From Acholeplasmatales bacterium (lineage in GTDB: Bacteria > Bacillota_I > Bacilli_A > Acholeplasmatales > Acholeplasmataceae), in contig JAITXT010000022.1 of assembly GCA_031284585.1 (NCBI GenBank), positions 13,823 through 37,822 on the forward strand: a stretch of 24,000 nucleotides of DNA. The letters are read 5' to 3'. The position numbers and the translations under genes are program-made. Below the pieces are notes generated by a model, which ran no database searches, was not told the origin of the DNA, and worked only from the letters and a program-made list of their open reading frames with translations. Shown here piece after piece: positions 15,643 to 24,000 of this stretch (positions within the stretch are counted from its first letter, which is position 1; each line of letters starts with the position of its first letter).

Positions 15643-16964
15643 AGTAATCCGCTATATTCAGCTTGGCTGGCGTCGGTTTCCATTTGACTAGCAGTTTCCA
15701 TACCAACACCTACTACAATTAAAAGCGATGTACCACCAATTGTTATATAACTTGCTTCAGATGATGTAAAACCAAAAACCAAAGAAGTCACGATTGGAGT
15801 AATAGCTAATATAACTAAATAAAATGTACCTATTACAGTTACTTTAAACAATAGTTTTGCGACAAAATCCTTTGTCTCTTCACCAGGTCTAACTCCAGGA
15901 ATGTAAGCATTACTATTACTTAAATTCTCAGCAATCTTATTAGGATTAATAGTTAGGAATGAATAGAAGAAACTAAATACTATAATTAATATAATATAAA
16001 GTGCAAAACCAATTGGTTGACGATAATCAAATGAGGCATTCATCCATGAGGTAAACGTATTTTGCGTTTTAACCAAACTGATTAAAGTTAATGGAATTGA
16101 TAAAATAGTTGATGCAAAGATAACTGGAATTACAGATCCACTATTAATTTTTAGTGGAATATGAGAATCAGATTTCCCTTGACGATTGGCATATTGAATA
16201 GGAATTTTACGTTTAGCTAATTCCATGTAAATAATACCAACTAAAATACCAATATAAATCAAAATGATAATTGCAAAAAATAATCCATCAGTCCATTTTG
16301 TGTATCCAGTAACATACTTTTGCCATAAAGATGCCCACATAGTAGGGAAACTTGTAACAATACCAGCAGCAATCAAGATACTTGCTCCATTACCAACGCC
16401 TTTCGCAGTAATAATGTCCGCAATAAAAATACACAAAGCAGTACCAGCAGTCATAGCTAAGGCCATAATAAAATAATAAAAATATCTATTTTGCCAAGCT
16501 TCTGGAATTGGAAGAGTCCAATTAATAGCTGATCCAGCAGGAGAAACTCCTAAAATTAATGCAAACGCTTGAATTAACGCAAGAACAATCGCTAAATAAC
16601 GATTTATTCTGTTCATCTTTGCTTTTCCTTGTTCACCTTGTTCACTCCATTCTTTAAATGAAGGAATAACCATTTGTAACATCTGAGTTATAATTGATGC
16701 GGTAATATAAGGAGTAATTCCTAAGGACAAAATAGAAAATCTTTCTAATGCTTGTCCACTAAAATTGTTTAAGATAGCAACAAAACTACCATTTTGTTTC
16801 ATAAATGCTTGAATTGATGTTGCATCAAATAAAGGTACAGTAATATGACTACAAACTCTAATTACTAAAATAAGACCAATAGTAATTGCCAAACGTTTCA
16901 TTAATGTGTTATTACTTAAAATTAATTTCAAACGATTCCAGAATGACTTTATAGTTTTAACCAC
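15639..16964 (-). CDS. secY: Preprotein translocase subunit SecY
   Basis: 441 aa and polytopic. Contains SILSLGITPYITASII and GTSLLIVVGV. The GTG start lies 1 nt after the rplO stop, with SD GAGGTGA. The stop is TGA. Confidence 0.96.
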   Translation of the reverse strand: MVKTIKSFWNRLKLILSNNTLMKRLAITIGLILVIRVCSHITVPLFDATSIQAFMKQNGSFVAILNNFSGQALERFSILSLGITPYITASIITQMLQMVIPSFKEWSEQGEQGKAKMNRINRYLAIVLALIQAFALILGVSPAGSAINWTLPIPEAWQNRYFYYFIMALAMTAGTALCIFIADIITAKGVGNGASILIAAGIVTSFPTMWASLWQKYVTGYTKWTDGLFFAIIILIYIGILVGIIYMELAKRKIPIQYANRQGKSDSHIPLKINSGSVIPVIFASTILSIPLTLISLVKTQNTFTSWMNASFDYRQPIGFALYIILIIVFSFFYSFLTINPNKIAENLSNSNAYIPGVRPGEETKDFVAKLLFKVTVIGTFYLVILAITPIVTSLVFGFTSSEASYITIGGTSLLIVVGVGMETASQMETDASQAEYSGLL

Positions 16965-16965
16965 T

Positions 16966-17406
16966 TTAATTCACCTCGACAGCAGAACCGCCAGCTTTTT
17001 CTATTAATTCTTTTGCTTTTTGTGAAAACTTTTGTGCTTTAACAGTTAATTTTTTAGTTAGTTCACCGCCACCTAAAATTTTAACTCCATCATTTACTTT
17101 TTTAACAAGACCAACTTCGATTAATCTTTCAACAGTAATCAAAGAGTCATTTTCAAAAATTTCTAAACTTTCAACATTAACTGGAGTATATTCAACTCTG
17201 TTAATATTATTAAAACCACGCTTTGGTAGTCTTTGGAAGAAAGGTATTTGGCCTCCTTCAAATCCAGGTCTAGGACCTCCACCAGAACGAGCTAATTGAC
17301 CATTACTTCCTTTTCCGGAAGTTTTACCTAGTCCACTACCAACACCACGTCCAAGTCTTTTCTTGTAATGCTTAGAGCCACAAGTAGGATGTAATTGATT
17401 TAACAT
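16966..17406 (-). CDS. rplO: 50S ribosomal protein L15
   Basis: The track ORF extends to 17484, but the first 26 codons overlap rpmD and lack homology. The ATG at 17406 (SD GGAGGG, 1 nt after the rpmD stop) gives [33 protein letters not shown], a canonical L15 N-terminus. Confidence 0.93.
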   Translation of the reverse strand: MLNQLHPTCGSKHYKKRLGRGVGSGLGKTSGKGSNGQLARSGGGPRPGFEGGQIPFFQRLPKRGFNNINRVEYTPVNVESLEIFENDSLITVERLIEVGLVKKVNDGVKILGGGELTKKLTVKAQKFSQKAKELIEKAGGSAVEVN

Positions 17407-17407
17407 T

Positions 17408-17602
17408 TTATAAACCCTCCTTATCAACTTCTTTAACGGTAACCAAATAATAAATTGTATGTACCATACCAAGAACTGCTTCATTAGCAGGTTTTACAAC
17501 AACTTGATTAATTTTTCTTAAACCAAGAGCATGAGCTGTTTTAACATGATTTGGAAGTCTTCCAATTAAACTTTTGTTTAATTTAATTTCAATTTGTGCC
17601 AT
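17408..17602 (-). CDS. rpmD: 50S ribosomal protein L30
   Basis: The track ORF starts at a TTG at 17617. The ATG at 17602, with GGAGG 8 nt upstream, gives [33 protein letters not shown], the canonical L30 start. It overlaps the rpsE 3' end by 14 nt. Confidence 0.93.
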   Translation of the reverse strand: MAQIEIKLNKSLIGRLPNHVKTAHALGLRKINQVVVKPANEAVLGMVHTIYYLVTVKEVDKEGL

Positions 17603-18116
17603 ATTTACGACCTCCAATTACAACTCCTCTTAATTCTTCAACTGTCTCTTTTGTTCTAAGATTAGCTATTCCATTAAAAGTAGCTCTAACAACATTAATG
17701 TGATTAGAAGAGCCTAAAGATTTAGAAAGCACATCTGATACACCAGCAAGTTCAAATACTTTTCTCACTGCACCACCAGCAATTATTCCAGTACCTTGGC
17801 TTGCAGGTTTTAAAAATACACTGCTAGCTCCAAAAATACCAGTAATTTCATGTGGAATTGTATCTCCTACTAGAGGAATTCTCACAACTTTACCCTTAGC
17901 ATCTTCAATTGCTTTTTTGATAGCATCTGGAACTTCTTTTGCTTTTCCAGTACCAAAACCAACTCTACCTTTCTTATCACCAATAATTACTAAAGCTGCA
18001 AAACGTAAACGTCTTCCACCTTTAACAACTTTTGTAATTCTATTAATGGATACAACAACCTCTTCAAATTCCTTTGCAGGTTCTTCGGAATCTCTATCGA
18101 ATTTTCTTTCTGCCAT
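17589..18116 (-). CDS. rpsE: 30S ribosomal protein S5
   Basis: [52 protein letters not shown] stop. Confidence 0.97.
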   Translation of the reverse strand: MAERKFDRDSEEPAKEFEEVVVSINRITKVVKGGRRLRFAALVIIGDKKGRVGFGTGKAKEVPDAIKKAIEDAKGKVVRIPLVGDTIPHEITGIFGASSVFLKPASQGTGIIAGGAVRKVFELAGVSDVLSKSLGSSNHINVVRATFNGIANLRTKETVEELRGVVIGGRKYGTN

Positions 18117-18125
18117 TCTGACCTC

Positions 18126-18479
18126 CTAAAATATTAAGCCTGCTTCACGAGCAGCTTCAGCAAATGCTTTAATTTTTCCATGGTACAAATATCCAGCACG
18201 ATCAAATACAACTTTAGTTATTCCAGTCTTAACAGCTTTTTCAGCAATTAATTTACCAACTGCTTTAGATGTTTCGATATTTGAATGAGTAAGATTTAAT
18301 TCTTTACTATTAGCACTAACCAAAGTATGATGAATAGTATCATCAATAATTTGTCCATAAATCGCAGTGTTAGAACGATAAACAACCAAGCGAGGTCTGG
18401 AAGCGGAACCAATAATTGTTTGTCTAATACGCAAATGTCTTTTTAAACGAGTATCGTTTTTTGATTCTTTTTTAAACAT
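18126..18479 (-). CDS. rplR: 50S ribosomal protein L18
   Basis: RLKRHLRIRQTI...RPRLVVYRSN..IYGQIIDD...VFDRAGYLYHGKIKAFAEAAREAGL. Confidence 0.97.
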   Translation of the reverse strand: MFKKESKNDTRLKRHLRIRQTIIGSASRPRLVVYRSNTAIYGQIIDDTIHHTLVSANSKELNLTHSNIETSKAVGKLIAEKAVKTGITKVVFDRAGYLYHGKIKAFAEAAREAGLIF

Positions 18480-18490
18480 TTCCCATCCTC

Positions 18491-19030
18491 CTATCTAGAT
18501 GTCTTTCCAGCTTTTCTAGGAACAAATTCATCAACATAACGAATTCCTTTCCCTAGATATGGTTCTGGCTTTCTAACTTTTCTAATTTGTGCGGCAAACT
18601 CACCCACAACTTGTTTATCAATTCCTTCAACAACCAAATTTACATTTTTTTCAACTACAACGCTAGAAAATGGAGGAATAGTCAATTCAACAGGATGTGA
18701 ATAACCCATATTTAATACTAATTTTGGTCCTTGAACGCTTGCTCTATAACCAACACCTCTAATTTCAAGTGCTTTTTTAAAACCAGTTGAAACTCCAATA
18801 ACCATGTTGTTCAATAAAGCTCTAGTTGTTCCATGAATTTTCCTTGAAAATATTTCATCGTTTGGTCTAGAAATCTTTATAGTATTTCCATCTTTATTAA
18901 TTGAAAGAATAGAAGTAAACTTATAAGATAATTCGCCTTTAGGTCCTTTTACAACAACATTGTTATCATCTTCTACTGAAACAGTAACTCCAGCAGGAAT
19001 AATAATAATTTTATTACCAACTCTTGACAT
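18491..19030 (-). CDS. rplF: 50S ribosomal protein L6
   Basis: [17 protein letters not shown]...VKGPKGEL...GYSHPVE...[11 protein letters not shown]. Confidence 0.97.
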   Translation of the reverse strand: MSRVGNKIIIIPAGVTVSVEDDNNVVVKGPKGELSYKFTSILSINKDGNTIKISRPNDEIFSRKIHGTTRALLNNMVIGVSTGFKKALEIRGVGYRASVQGPKLVLNMGYSHPVELTIPPFSSVVVEKNVNLVVEGIDKQVVGEFAAQIRKVRKPEPYLGKGIRYVDEFVPRKAGKTSR

Positions 19031-19039
19031 ATTGACCTC

Positions 19040-19444
19040 CTACCACAAGTAAGCGAGAACTTCGCCACCAATGGATTTTGCTCTTGCTTCTGCATCAGTT
19101 AAGATACCTTTAGAAGTAGAAATCAAAGCAACTCCAAGACCGTTTAAAACTCTAGGTAATTGTTCAGCGGATGCATAAACACGTAATCCGGGTTTAGAAA
19201 TTCTTTTTAATCCTTGTATTACACGTTCATTCGTTGTAGTATACTTCAAAGTAACTACTATCTTTGAAAACTTAGAGTCTTTTTCTTTGACTACATCATA
19301 TTTTTGAATAAAACCTTCTTTAAGGATTACATCTAAAATACTTAATTTAATTTTTGAATATGGAATATCAACTGTATGAATACGAACTTTATTCGCATTT
19401 CTAATTCTAGTTAATAAATCCGCAATTGGATCACTTAAACTCAT
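19040..19444 (-). CDS. rpsH: 30S ribosomal protein S8
   Basis: [13 protein letters not shown]...SKPGLRVY...[17 protein letters not shown]...GGEVLAYLW. Confidence 0.97.
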   Translation of the reverse strand: MSLSDPIADLLTRIRNANKVRIHTVDIPYSKIKLSILDVILKEGFIQKYDVVKEKDSKFSKIVVTLKYTTTNERVIQGLKRISKPGLRVYASAEQLPRVLNGLGVALISTSKGILTDAEARAKSIGGEVLAYLW

Positions 19445-19459
19445 AGCTATAATCCTCCC

Positions 19460-19729
19460 TTACCAGCTTGCTTTCTTAACGCCAGGAATTTCACCTTTTG
19501 AAGCCAATTCACGAAAGTGAATTCTAGAAAGACCAAACTTTCTAATATAACCTCTTGGACGTCCATCAAGCGAATCTCTATTTCTTAATCTCGTTGGAGA
19601 TGCATTTCTTGGTAGTAATGATAATGCTTTATAATCACCACGTTCTTTTAAATCACGTCTAATCTCTGCATATCTTGCTACAATAACTTTTCTTTGAGCT
19701 TCTTTTGCAATTTTACTTTTTTTAGCCAT
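19460..19729 (-). CDS. rpsN: 30S ribosomal protein S14, long (89-aa) zinc-independent form
   Basis: [10 protein letters not shown]...[41 protein letters not shown]. There is no CxxC pair. Conserved position between rplE and rpsH. Confidence 0.96.
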   Translation of the reverse strand: MAKKSKIAKEAQRKVIVARYAEIRRDLKERGDYKALSLLPRNASPTRLRNRDSLDGRPRGYIRKFGLSRIHFRELASKGEIPGVKKASW

Positions 19730-19737
19730 TTCTGCAC

Positions 19738-20277
19738 CTACTTTCTAAAAGGCAAACCTAATTTTTTTAGGAGTGCTTTAGCTTCTTTATCTGTATTAGC
19801 GGTAGTTACAATAACTACATCCATACCTCTAATTTTCTTAACTTTATCTAAACTTATTTCAGGAAAGATAATTTGTTCTTTTAAACCAAGAGAATAGTTT
19901 CCTCTGCCATCAAAAGCATTAGATGAAATTCCTCTGAAATCTCTTACACGCGGAAGAACAACTGATACTAATTTTTCTAAGAAAAAGTACATTTTGTCTT
20001 TTCTAAGTGTAACTTTAACTCCAATAGGCATACCTTCACGAAGTTTAAAGTTTGAAATTGACTTACGTGCTTTTGTAATTACTGGTTTTTGTCCTGTAAT
20101 TAAAGTAATTTCATCAACAACATCATCAAGAACTTTACTGTTTTGAACTGCGTCGCCACAACCAACATTAATGACAATTTTATCAATCTTTGGAACTTCC
20201 ATTATTGAGGAATAATTAAATTCAGACAATAATTCTTTTACTACAACTGTAGAATACTTTTCTTTTATTGTACTCAT
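19738..20277 (-). CDS. rplE: 50S ribosomal protein L5
   Basis: NVGCGDA...[30 protein letters not shown]...RDFRG...[17 protein letters not shown]. Confidence 0.97.
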   Translation of the reverse strand: MSTIKEKYSTVVVKELLSEFNYSSIMEVPKIDKIVINVGCGDAVQNSKVLDDVVDEITLITGQKPVITKARKSISNFKLREGMPIGVKVTLRKDKMYFFLEKLVSVVLPRVRDFRGISSNAFDGRGNYSLGLKEQIIFPEISLDKVKKIRGMDVVIVTTANTDKEAKALLKKLGLPFRK

Positions 20278-20732
20278 TCTTTAACTTCCTCCTTCTTTTT
20301 CTTTGAAACTTTCTTTTCTTTGGCAACAGGAGCAGTTTCTTCAATTTTAGGAGTAGCTTTCTTACTTACTGCTTTTTTAGAAACTTTATCAAGTAATTCC
20401 CCGCTCTTTTTAGCGAATCTTACTTTTTGCCCGTCTACAAATTTATAACCAACTTTTGTAGGAACTCCTAATTTAGGATCAACGATAGCAACGTTGCTAA
20501 TATGAATTGGAGCCTCTATTTCAATAATTTTACCTTTTTCATTTTCACGTTGAGGTCTTTCAGTTTTTTTAATTAGATTGAATCCTTCAATAACAACTTT
20601 GTTTAATTTAGGATAAACTTTAATAATTTTACCAGTTTTAAGAGTTTTTACACCTTTTTTATCAACTTGATAACGATCAACTTCGTCACCACCGTAAATC
20701 AAACAAACAAGATCACCTTTTTTTATTTTCAT
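20274..20732 (-). CDS. rplX: 50S ribosomal protein L24 with a Lys-rich C-terminal extension
   Basis: MKIKKGDLV...[10 protein letters not shown]...[15 protein letters not shown]...[23 protein letters not shown] forms the L24 core. It is followed by a 36-aa K/A/E-rich tail. There is a 4-nt overlap with rplE. Confidence 0.95.
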   Translation of the reverse strand: MKIKKGDLVCLIYGGDEVDRYQVDKKGVKTLKTGKIIKVYPKLNKVVIEGFNLIKKTERPQRENEKGKIIEIEAPIHISNVAIVDPKLGVPTKVGYKFVDGQKVRFAKKSGELLDKVSKKAVSKKATPKIEETAPVAKEKKVSKKKKEEVKE

Positions 20733-20742
20733 ATTAATCCTC

Positions 20743-21111
20743 CTACAATACTTCAGGAGCGAGAGATACTATTTTCATAAAACTCTTTTCACGAAGTTCT
20801 CTAGCAACTGGTCCGAAAATTCTTGTCCCTTTAGGATTTAAATCTTCTTTAATAATGACAGCAGCATTATCGTCAAATTTAATATATGAACCATCAACTC
20901 TATGAAGCCCACTAACTGTTCTAACTATAACTGCTTTACAAACTTCGCCTTTTTTAACAAGTCCAGCTGGAGTTGCTTTCTTTACAGTAACAACTACAAC
21001 ATCTCCGATGTTTGCATATCTACGTCTTGTTCCACCAAGTACTTTAATAACAAGTAGTTCTTTCGCACCACTGTTATCAGCAACATTTAATCTAGTTTCT
21101 GCCTGAATCAT
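20743..21111 (-). CDS. rplN: 50S ribosomal protein L14
   Basis: [27 protein letters not shown]...IRFDDNA-type core...[11 protein letters not shown]. Confidence 0.98.
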   Translation of the reverse strand: MIQAETRLNVADNSGAKELLVIKVLGGTRRRYANIGDVVVVTVKKATPAGLVKKGEVCKAVIVRTVSGLHRVDGSYIKFDDNAAVIIKEDLNPKGTRIFGPVARELREKSFMKIVSLAPEVL

Positions 21112-21124
21112 TTCATTTTCCTCC

Positions 21125-21385
21125 CTAGACTATTTCCGCTTTTTTAACTACAGCGACCAAACGAAATCTTTTAGATTTGGAAAGTGGTCTAGTTTCTGTA
21201 ATTTTTACAGTATCACCGATATGTGCTAAACCTTCCTCGTCATGAGCATGCAATTTAGTAGTAACTTTAACTCTCTTTGCATATAAAGGAGATTTTTTAA
21301 AGGTATCAACTGCTACAGTAATTGTTTTATCCATTTTATCAGAAGTTACAATACCAACAAAACTCTTTCGATTATTTCTTTCCAT
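21125..21385 (-). CDS. rpsQ: 30S ribosomal protein S17
   Basis: [21 protein letters not shown]......HDE......GD.V.I.ETRPLSK.KRFRLV. Confidence 0.97.
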   Translation of the reverse strand: MERNNRKSFVGIVTSDKMDKTITVAVDTFKKSPLYAKRVKVTTKLHAHDEEGLAHIGDTVKITETRPLSKSKRFRLVAVVKKAEIV

Positions 21386-21593
21386 CTTCTATCACCTCTT
21401 GGTTACTCAATTCTCTTTCGCGTTGGATTGTTTTTACTTGAGCAATTTCATTTTTAACTCTACCAATTGAAGAAGTATTTTCTAATTGACCAACAGCTAA
21501 TTGAAATCGTAAATCAAACAATTCTTTTTTTAACTCGGCGATTTTCTTTACTAAATCTTCATCAACTTGTTTTCTAATTTCTTCAGTTCTCAT
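21372..21593 (-). CDS. rpmC: 50S ribosomal protein L29
   Basis: [52 protein letters not shown]. It overlaps rpsQ by 14 nt and rplP by 4 nt. Confidence 0.96.
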   Translation of the reverse strand: MRTEEIRKQVDEDLVKKIAELKKELFDLRFQLAVGQLENTSSIGRVKNEIAQVKTIQRERELSNQEVIEDGKK

Positions 21594-22015
21594 TGTGCAT
21601 CACCTCGTTTAACAATTCTTGTTCTTACAGGAAGTTTATGAGAGGCAAGACGAAGTGCTTCTTTAGCAATTTCTTCTGAAACTCCAGCTACTTCAAACAT
21701 TATCTTACCAACTTTAACAACAGCAACATAATGATCAGGAGCACCTTTACCACTACCCATACGAACTTCGGCAGGTTTTTTAGTCATATGCATGTGAGGG
21801 AAAATGTCAATCCAAACCTTTCCTATTCTCTTCATATGTCTAGTAATCGCAACTCTCGCAGCTTCAATTTGTTTAGAAGTTACCCAAGCACCATCTAATG
21901 ATATAAGCGCAAAGTCACCATTTAATATCTCGTTTCTTCCTTTTACATGCCCTTCATATGAAACTCTATGAGGACGACGAAACTTTTGGGGTTTTCTAGG
22001 CTCTATAGCGGCCAT
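21590..22015 (-). CDS. rplP: 50S ribosomal protein L16
   Basis: [30 protein letters not shown]...[37 protein letters not shown] stop. Confidence 0.97.
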   Translation of the reverse strand: MAAIEPRKPQKFRRPHRVSYEGHVKGRNEILNGDFALISLDGAWVTSKQIEAARVAITRHMKRIGKVWIDIFPHMHMTKKPAEVRMGSGKGAPDHYVAVVKVGKIMFEVAGVSEEIAKEALRLASHKLPVRTRIVKRGDAQ

Positions 22016-22017
22016 AA

Positions 22018-22839
22018 TTATTTTCCTCCCTTATTATCTCTATATGATGGCTTTTTGTTTCCTCTATCAGAAGTTTTATTTTCTTGACGGAAAGGGTTTG
22101 GATTAGAATTTCTTTCTCTAACTTCAACTTTTCTTACTGTTCCCCTTGGAACATCACCATCATAAATCCACACTTTAACACCTAATATTCCATAGGTTGT
22201 TAGTGCTTCTGCAGTTGCGTAATCAATATTTGCCTTTAAAGTATGCAATGGAACTCTACCTTCAGAATATCCTTCGCTTCTAGCAATTTCAGCACCGTTT
22301 AATCTTCCAGATACCAAAGTTTTTATTCCAAGAGCACCTGCTTTACGTGCTTTTAGAATTGCCATCTTTTGAGCTCTTCTAAAAGAACCTCTTTTTTCTA
22401 ATTGATCAGCAATTGATCTTGCAACAATTGAAGCAATTTTATCACTATATTTAACTTCGAAAACTTTTATATTAACAGTTTTCTTCGTTAATTTTTCTAG
22501 TTTTTCTGTCAATTCTTTTTTAGTTTCACCACCAGCACCAACAACAGCACCTGGTCTAGCAGTATAAATAGAAATAATTACAGATTGCCCTTTCTCTTCA
22601 GATTCTGATCTTTCGATCTCGATATGACTTATTGAAAAACCTCTAAAATCAATTTTTTTATCTTTGATTTTTTCTAGTTTCTTTGCCATAATAACTTCAA
22701 AGTCTTTATTAATAAATTTTCTTATAATTGCATCTTCTTTAACGAATGCAGGAACATCTTTAGGTTTTGCAAACCATTTAGAATCCCAATTTCTAACAAT
22801 CCCTAAACGAAGACCAATTGGACTAACTTTTTGACCCAT
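22018..22839 (-). CDS. rpsC: 30S ribosomal protein S3, with an internal insertion and an extended C-terminal tail
   Basis: The track ORF starts 10 codons upstream (22869), inside rplV. The ATG at 22839 (SD AGAGGT, 10 nt after the rplV stop) gives the canonical [24 protein letters not shown]. Contains [30 protein letters not shown]. Confidence 0.95.
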   Translation of the reverse strand: MGQKVSPIGLRLGIVRNWDSKWFAKPKDVPAFVKEDAIIRKFINKDFEVIMAKKLEKIKDKKIDFRGFSISHIEIERSESEEKGQSVIISIYTARPGAVVGAGGETKKELTEKLEKLTKKTVNIKVFEVKYSDKIASIVARSIADQLEKRGSFRRAQKMAILKARKAGALGIKTLVSGRLNGAEIARSEGYSEGRVPLHTLKANIDYATAEALTTYGILGVKVWIYDGDVPRGTVRKVEVRERNSNPNPFRQENKTSDRGNKKPSYRDNKGGK

Positions 22840-22849
22840 ATAATTACCT

Positions 22850-23185
22850 CTATTCCTTTGAAGCCACAACTACTGTAATGTGACTTGTTCTTTTACGTAA
22901 TAAATTCGCAGAACCTTTTGCTCTCGGCAAAGTTCTTTTCATTGTAACGCCTTCTCCAACATAGCATTCTGAAACAATTAAATTTGCTTCATCTTGTCCA
23001 TCGTTATTAACTGCATTAGCAACCGCGCTATTTAATACTTTGGAAATAAGTGGGCTAGCAGCTCTTGGAGTAAACATTAAGATTGCTCTAGCTTCTTTAA
23101 TACCTTTTCCACGAATGAGGTCAATGACTAATCTTACTTTTCTTGGAGCTATACGCACCGTACGTGCAATTGCTTTCGATTCCAT
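22850..23185 (-). CDS. rplV: 50S ribosomal protein L22
   Basis: [23 protein letters not shown]....A..IL.FTP..AS..I.KVL.SA.ANA.....D...L.V....V.EG...KR..PRA.G.A..L.KRTSHIT. Confidence 0.97.
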   Translation of the reverse strand: MESKAIARTVRIAPRKVRLVIDLIRGKGIKEARAILMFTPRAASPLISKVLNSAVANAVNNDGQDEANLIVSECYVGEGVTMKRTLPRAKGSANLLRKRTSHITVVVASKE

Positions 23186-23187
23186 AA

Positions 23188-23469
23188 TTATTTCCTCACT
23201 ACTTTCTTATCGTCTTTATCATGCCCACGATAAGTTCTTGTTGGTGCAAATTCACCTAACTTATGTCCAACTAAATCTTCAGTAATATATACTGGAACAT
23301 GTTTTTTTCCATTATATACAGCTATTGTATGTCCAACCATTTCAGGGAAAATAGTTGAGCGTCTTGACCAAGTTTGAATAACTTTTTTTTCATTTAAGTC
23401 TTTTTGTTTCAATATTTTATTTAATAAATGTTGATCACAAAATGGTCCTTTTTTTAATGAGCGTCCCAT
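23188..23469 (-). CDS. rpsS: 30S ribosomal protein S19
   Basis: [17 protein letters not shown]........[55 protein letters not shown]. Confidence 0.98.
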   Translation of the reverse strand: MGRSLKKGPFCDQHLLNKILKQKDLNEKKVIQTWSRRSTIFPEMVGHTIAVYNGKKHVPVYITEDLVGHKLGEFAPTRTYRGHDKDDKKVVRK

Positions 23470-23478
23470 ATTCTCCTC

Positions 23479-24000
23479 CTATCCTTTTCTTCCACGAACA
23501 ATTAACTTATTCGAAGATTTCTTGCTATCTCTAGTCTTAACTCCACGAGCTTTTTTACCCCAAGGAGTCATTGGAGATTTTCTTCCAATTGGAGCTTTAC
23601 CTTCACCACCACCATGAGGATGGTCGTTAGGATTCATAACTGATCCTCTAACCGTAGGTCTTATTCCACGATATCTATTTCTTCCAGCTTTACCCCAGTT
23701 AACTAATTCCCACTCTTCGTTACCAACAACACCAATTGTTGCACGACATCTACCCAATACTTTTCTAACTTCACCAGATTGTAATCTTAGAAGAACATAT
23801 TTTTCTTCACGACCAAGTATCTGCGCGCTAGTTCCTGCGGATCTCGCAATCTTACCACCATTTCCTGGAGATAATTCAATGTTATGTACAATAGTACCAA
23901 CAGGAATATTTTCTAAAGGCAACGCATTTCCTACTTTGATATCTGTCTGTAAACCAGAATAGATATCCATACCAACAACTAGTCCTTTTGGAGCAAGTAT
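23479..24000 (-). CDS. rplB: 50S ribosomal protein L2 (N-terminus outside the window)
   Basis: The track ORF starts at an internal Met (23970). The same frame stays open to 24000 (..[15 protein letters not shown]..). Contains [39 protein letters not shown] and [13 protein letters not shown]. Confidence 0.97.
   Translation of the reverse strand: MLAPKGLVVGMDIYSGLQTDIKVGNALPLENIPVGTIVHNIELSPGNGGKIARSAGTSAQILGREEKYVLLRLQSGEVRKVLGRCRATIGVVGNEEWELVNWGKAGRNRYRGIRPTVRGSVMNPNDHPHGGGEGKAPIGRKSPMTPWGKKARGVKTRDSKKSSNKLIVRGRKG

Noticed and set aside
16264-16476. 70-aa plus-strand ORF inside secY
   Set aside because: It is an antisense shadow ORF. Its hydrophobic translation simply mirrors the secY TM-segment codons.
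17407-17484. 26-codon N-terminal extension of L15 in the track ORF ([11 protein letters not shown]...)
   Set aside because: It overlaps the rpmD coding region and has no homology to L15. The canonical L15 N-terminus, with a strong SD, begins at 17406.
17917-18129. 70-aa plus-strand ORF opposite rpsE
   Set aside because: It is an antisense shadow ORF in a ribosomal protein gene.
19694-19897. 67-aa plus-strand ORF opposite rpsN/rplE
   Set aside because: It is an antisense shadow ORF.
22840-22869. 10-codon N-terminal extension of S3 ([10 protein letters not shown])
   Set aside because: It overlaps the rplV 3' end. The canonical MGQKVSPIG start, with an SD, is at 22839.
23040-23285. 81-aa plus-strand ORF opposite rplV/rpsS
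   Set aside because: It is an antisense shadow ORF.
1-24000. Scan for CRISPR-like spaced repeats, tRNA/rRNA-like structured GC-rich islands, IS terminal inverted repeats, integrase/transposase or toxin-antitoxin-sized gene pairs
   Set aside because: None were seen. All substantial ORFs are accounted for by the annotated genes, and intergenic regions are short apart from 2395-2764. The only notable repeat is the 16-mer reported above.

Overview
Low-GC (roughly 30% by eye) Firmicutes/Mollicutes-type chromosomal segment that reads cleanly with the standard code: TGA is a stop in secY, rpsE and rplP, and Trp is TGG. Positions 11.6-24.0 kb (minus strand) hold an uninterrupted, canonical S10-spc-alpha ribosomal superoperon: rplB (partial)-rpsS-rplV-rpsC-rplP-rpmC-rpsQ-rplN-rplX-rplE-rpsN-rpsH-rplF-rplR-rpsE-rpmD-rplO-secY-adk-map-infA-rpmJ-rpsM-rpsK-rpoA-rplQ. 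The 38-aa rpmJ is absent from the ORF track and was found by hand translation. Positions 1-11.6 kb are accessory or metabolic. They contain a GH43 glycosidase plus sugar-binding lipoprotein operon (minus strand; the lipoprotein runs off the window and is not in the track). Divergent from it is a 610-aa multi-domain surface lipoprotein. Next come a two-gene heterodimeric ABC exporter with one degenerate ATP site, an orphan 633-aa Cas4-like/DEDDy-exonuclease fusion (DUF2779-like, function unknown), and pepT. I see no CRISPR array, tRNA/rRNA, transposase/integrase, toxin-antitoxin pair or recognisable multi-gene defence system, so I cannot honestly claim a novel multi-gene system here. The best leads are: (1) the stand-alone dual-nuclease gene, bracketed by a perfect 16-bp direct repeat; (2) the non-catalytic Ig-like/Flg_new lipoprotein next to the GH43/ABC-importer genes, a possible surface glycan-capture module; (3) zinc-ligand-free L36 and long-form S14 in the primary ribosomal operon; and (4) unusual charged tails on RpoA, L24 and S3. 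All family assignments come from motif recognition by eye, and no database search was possible.
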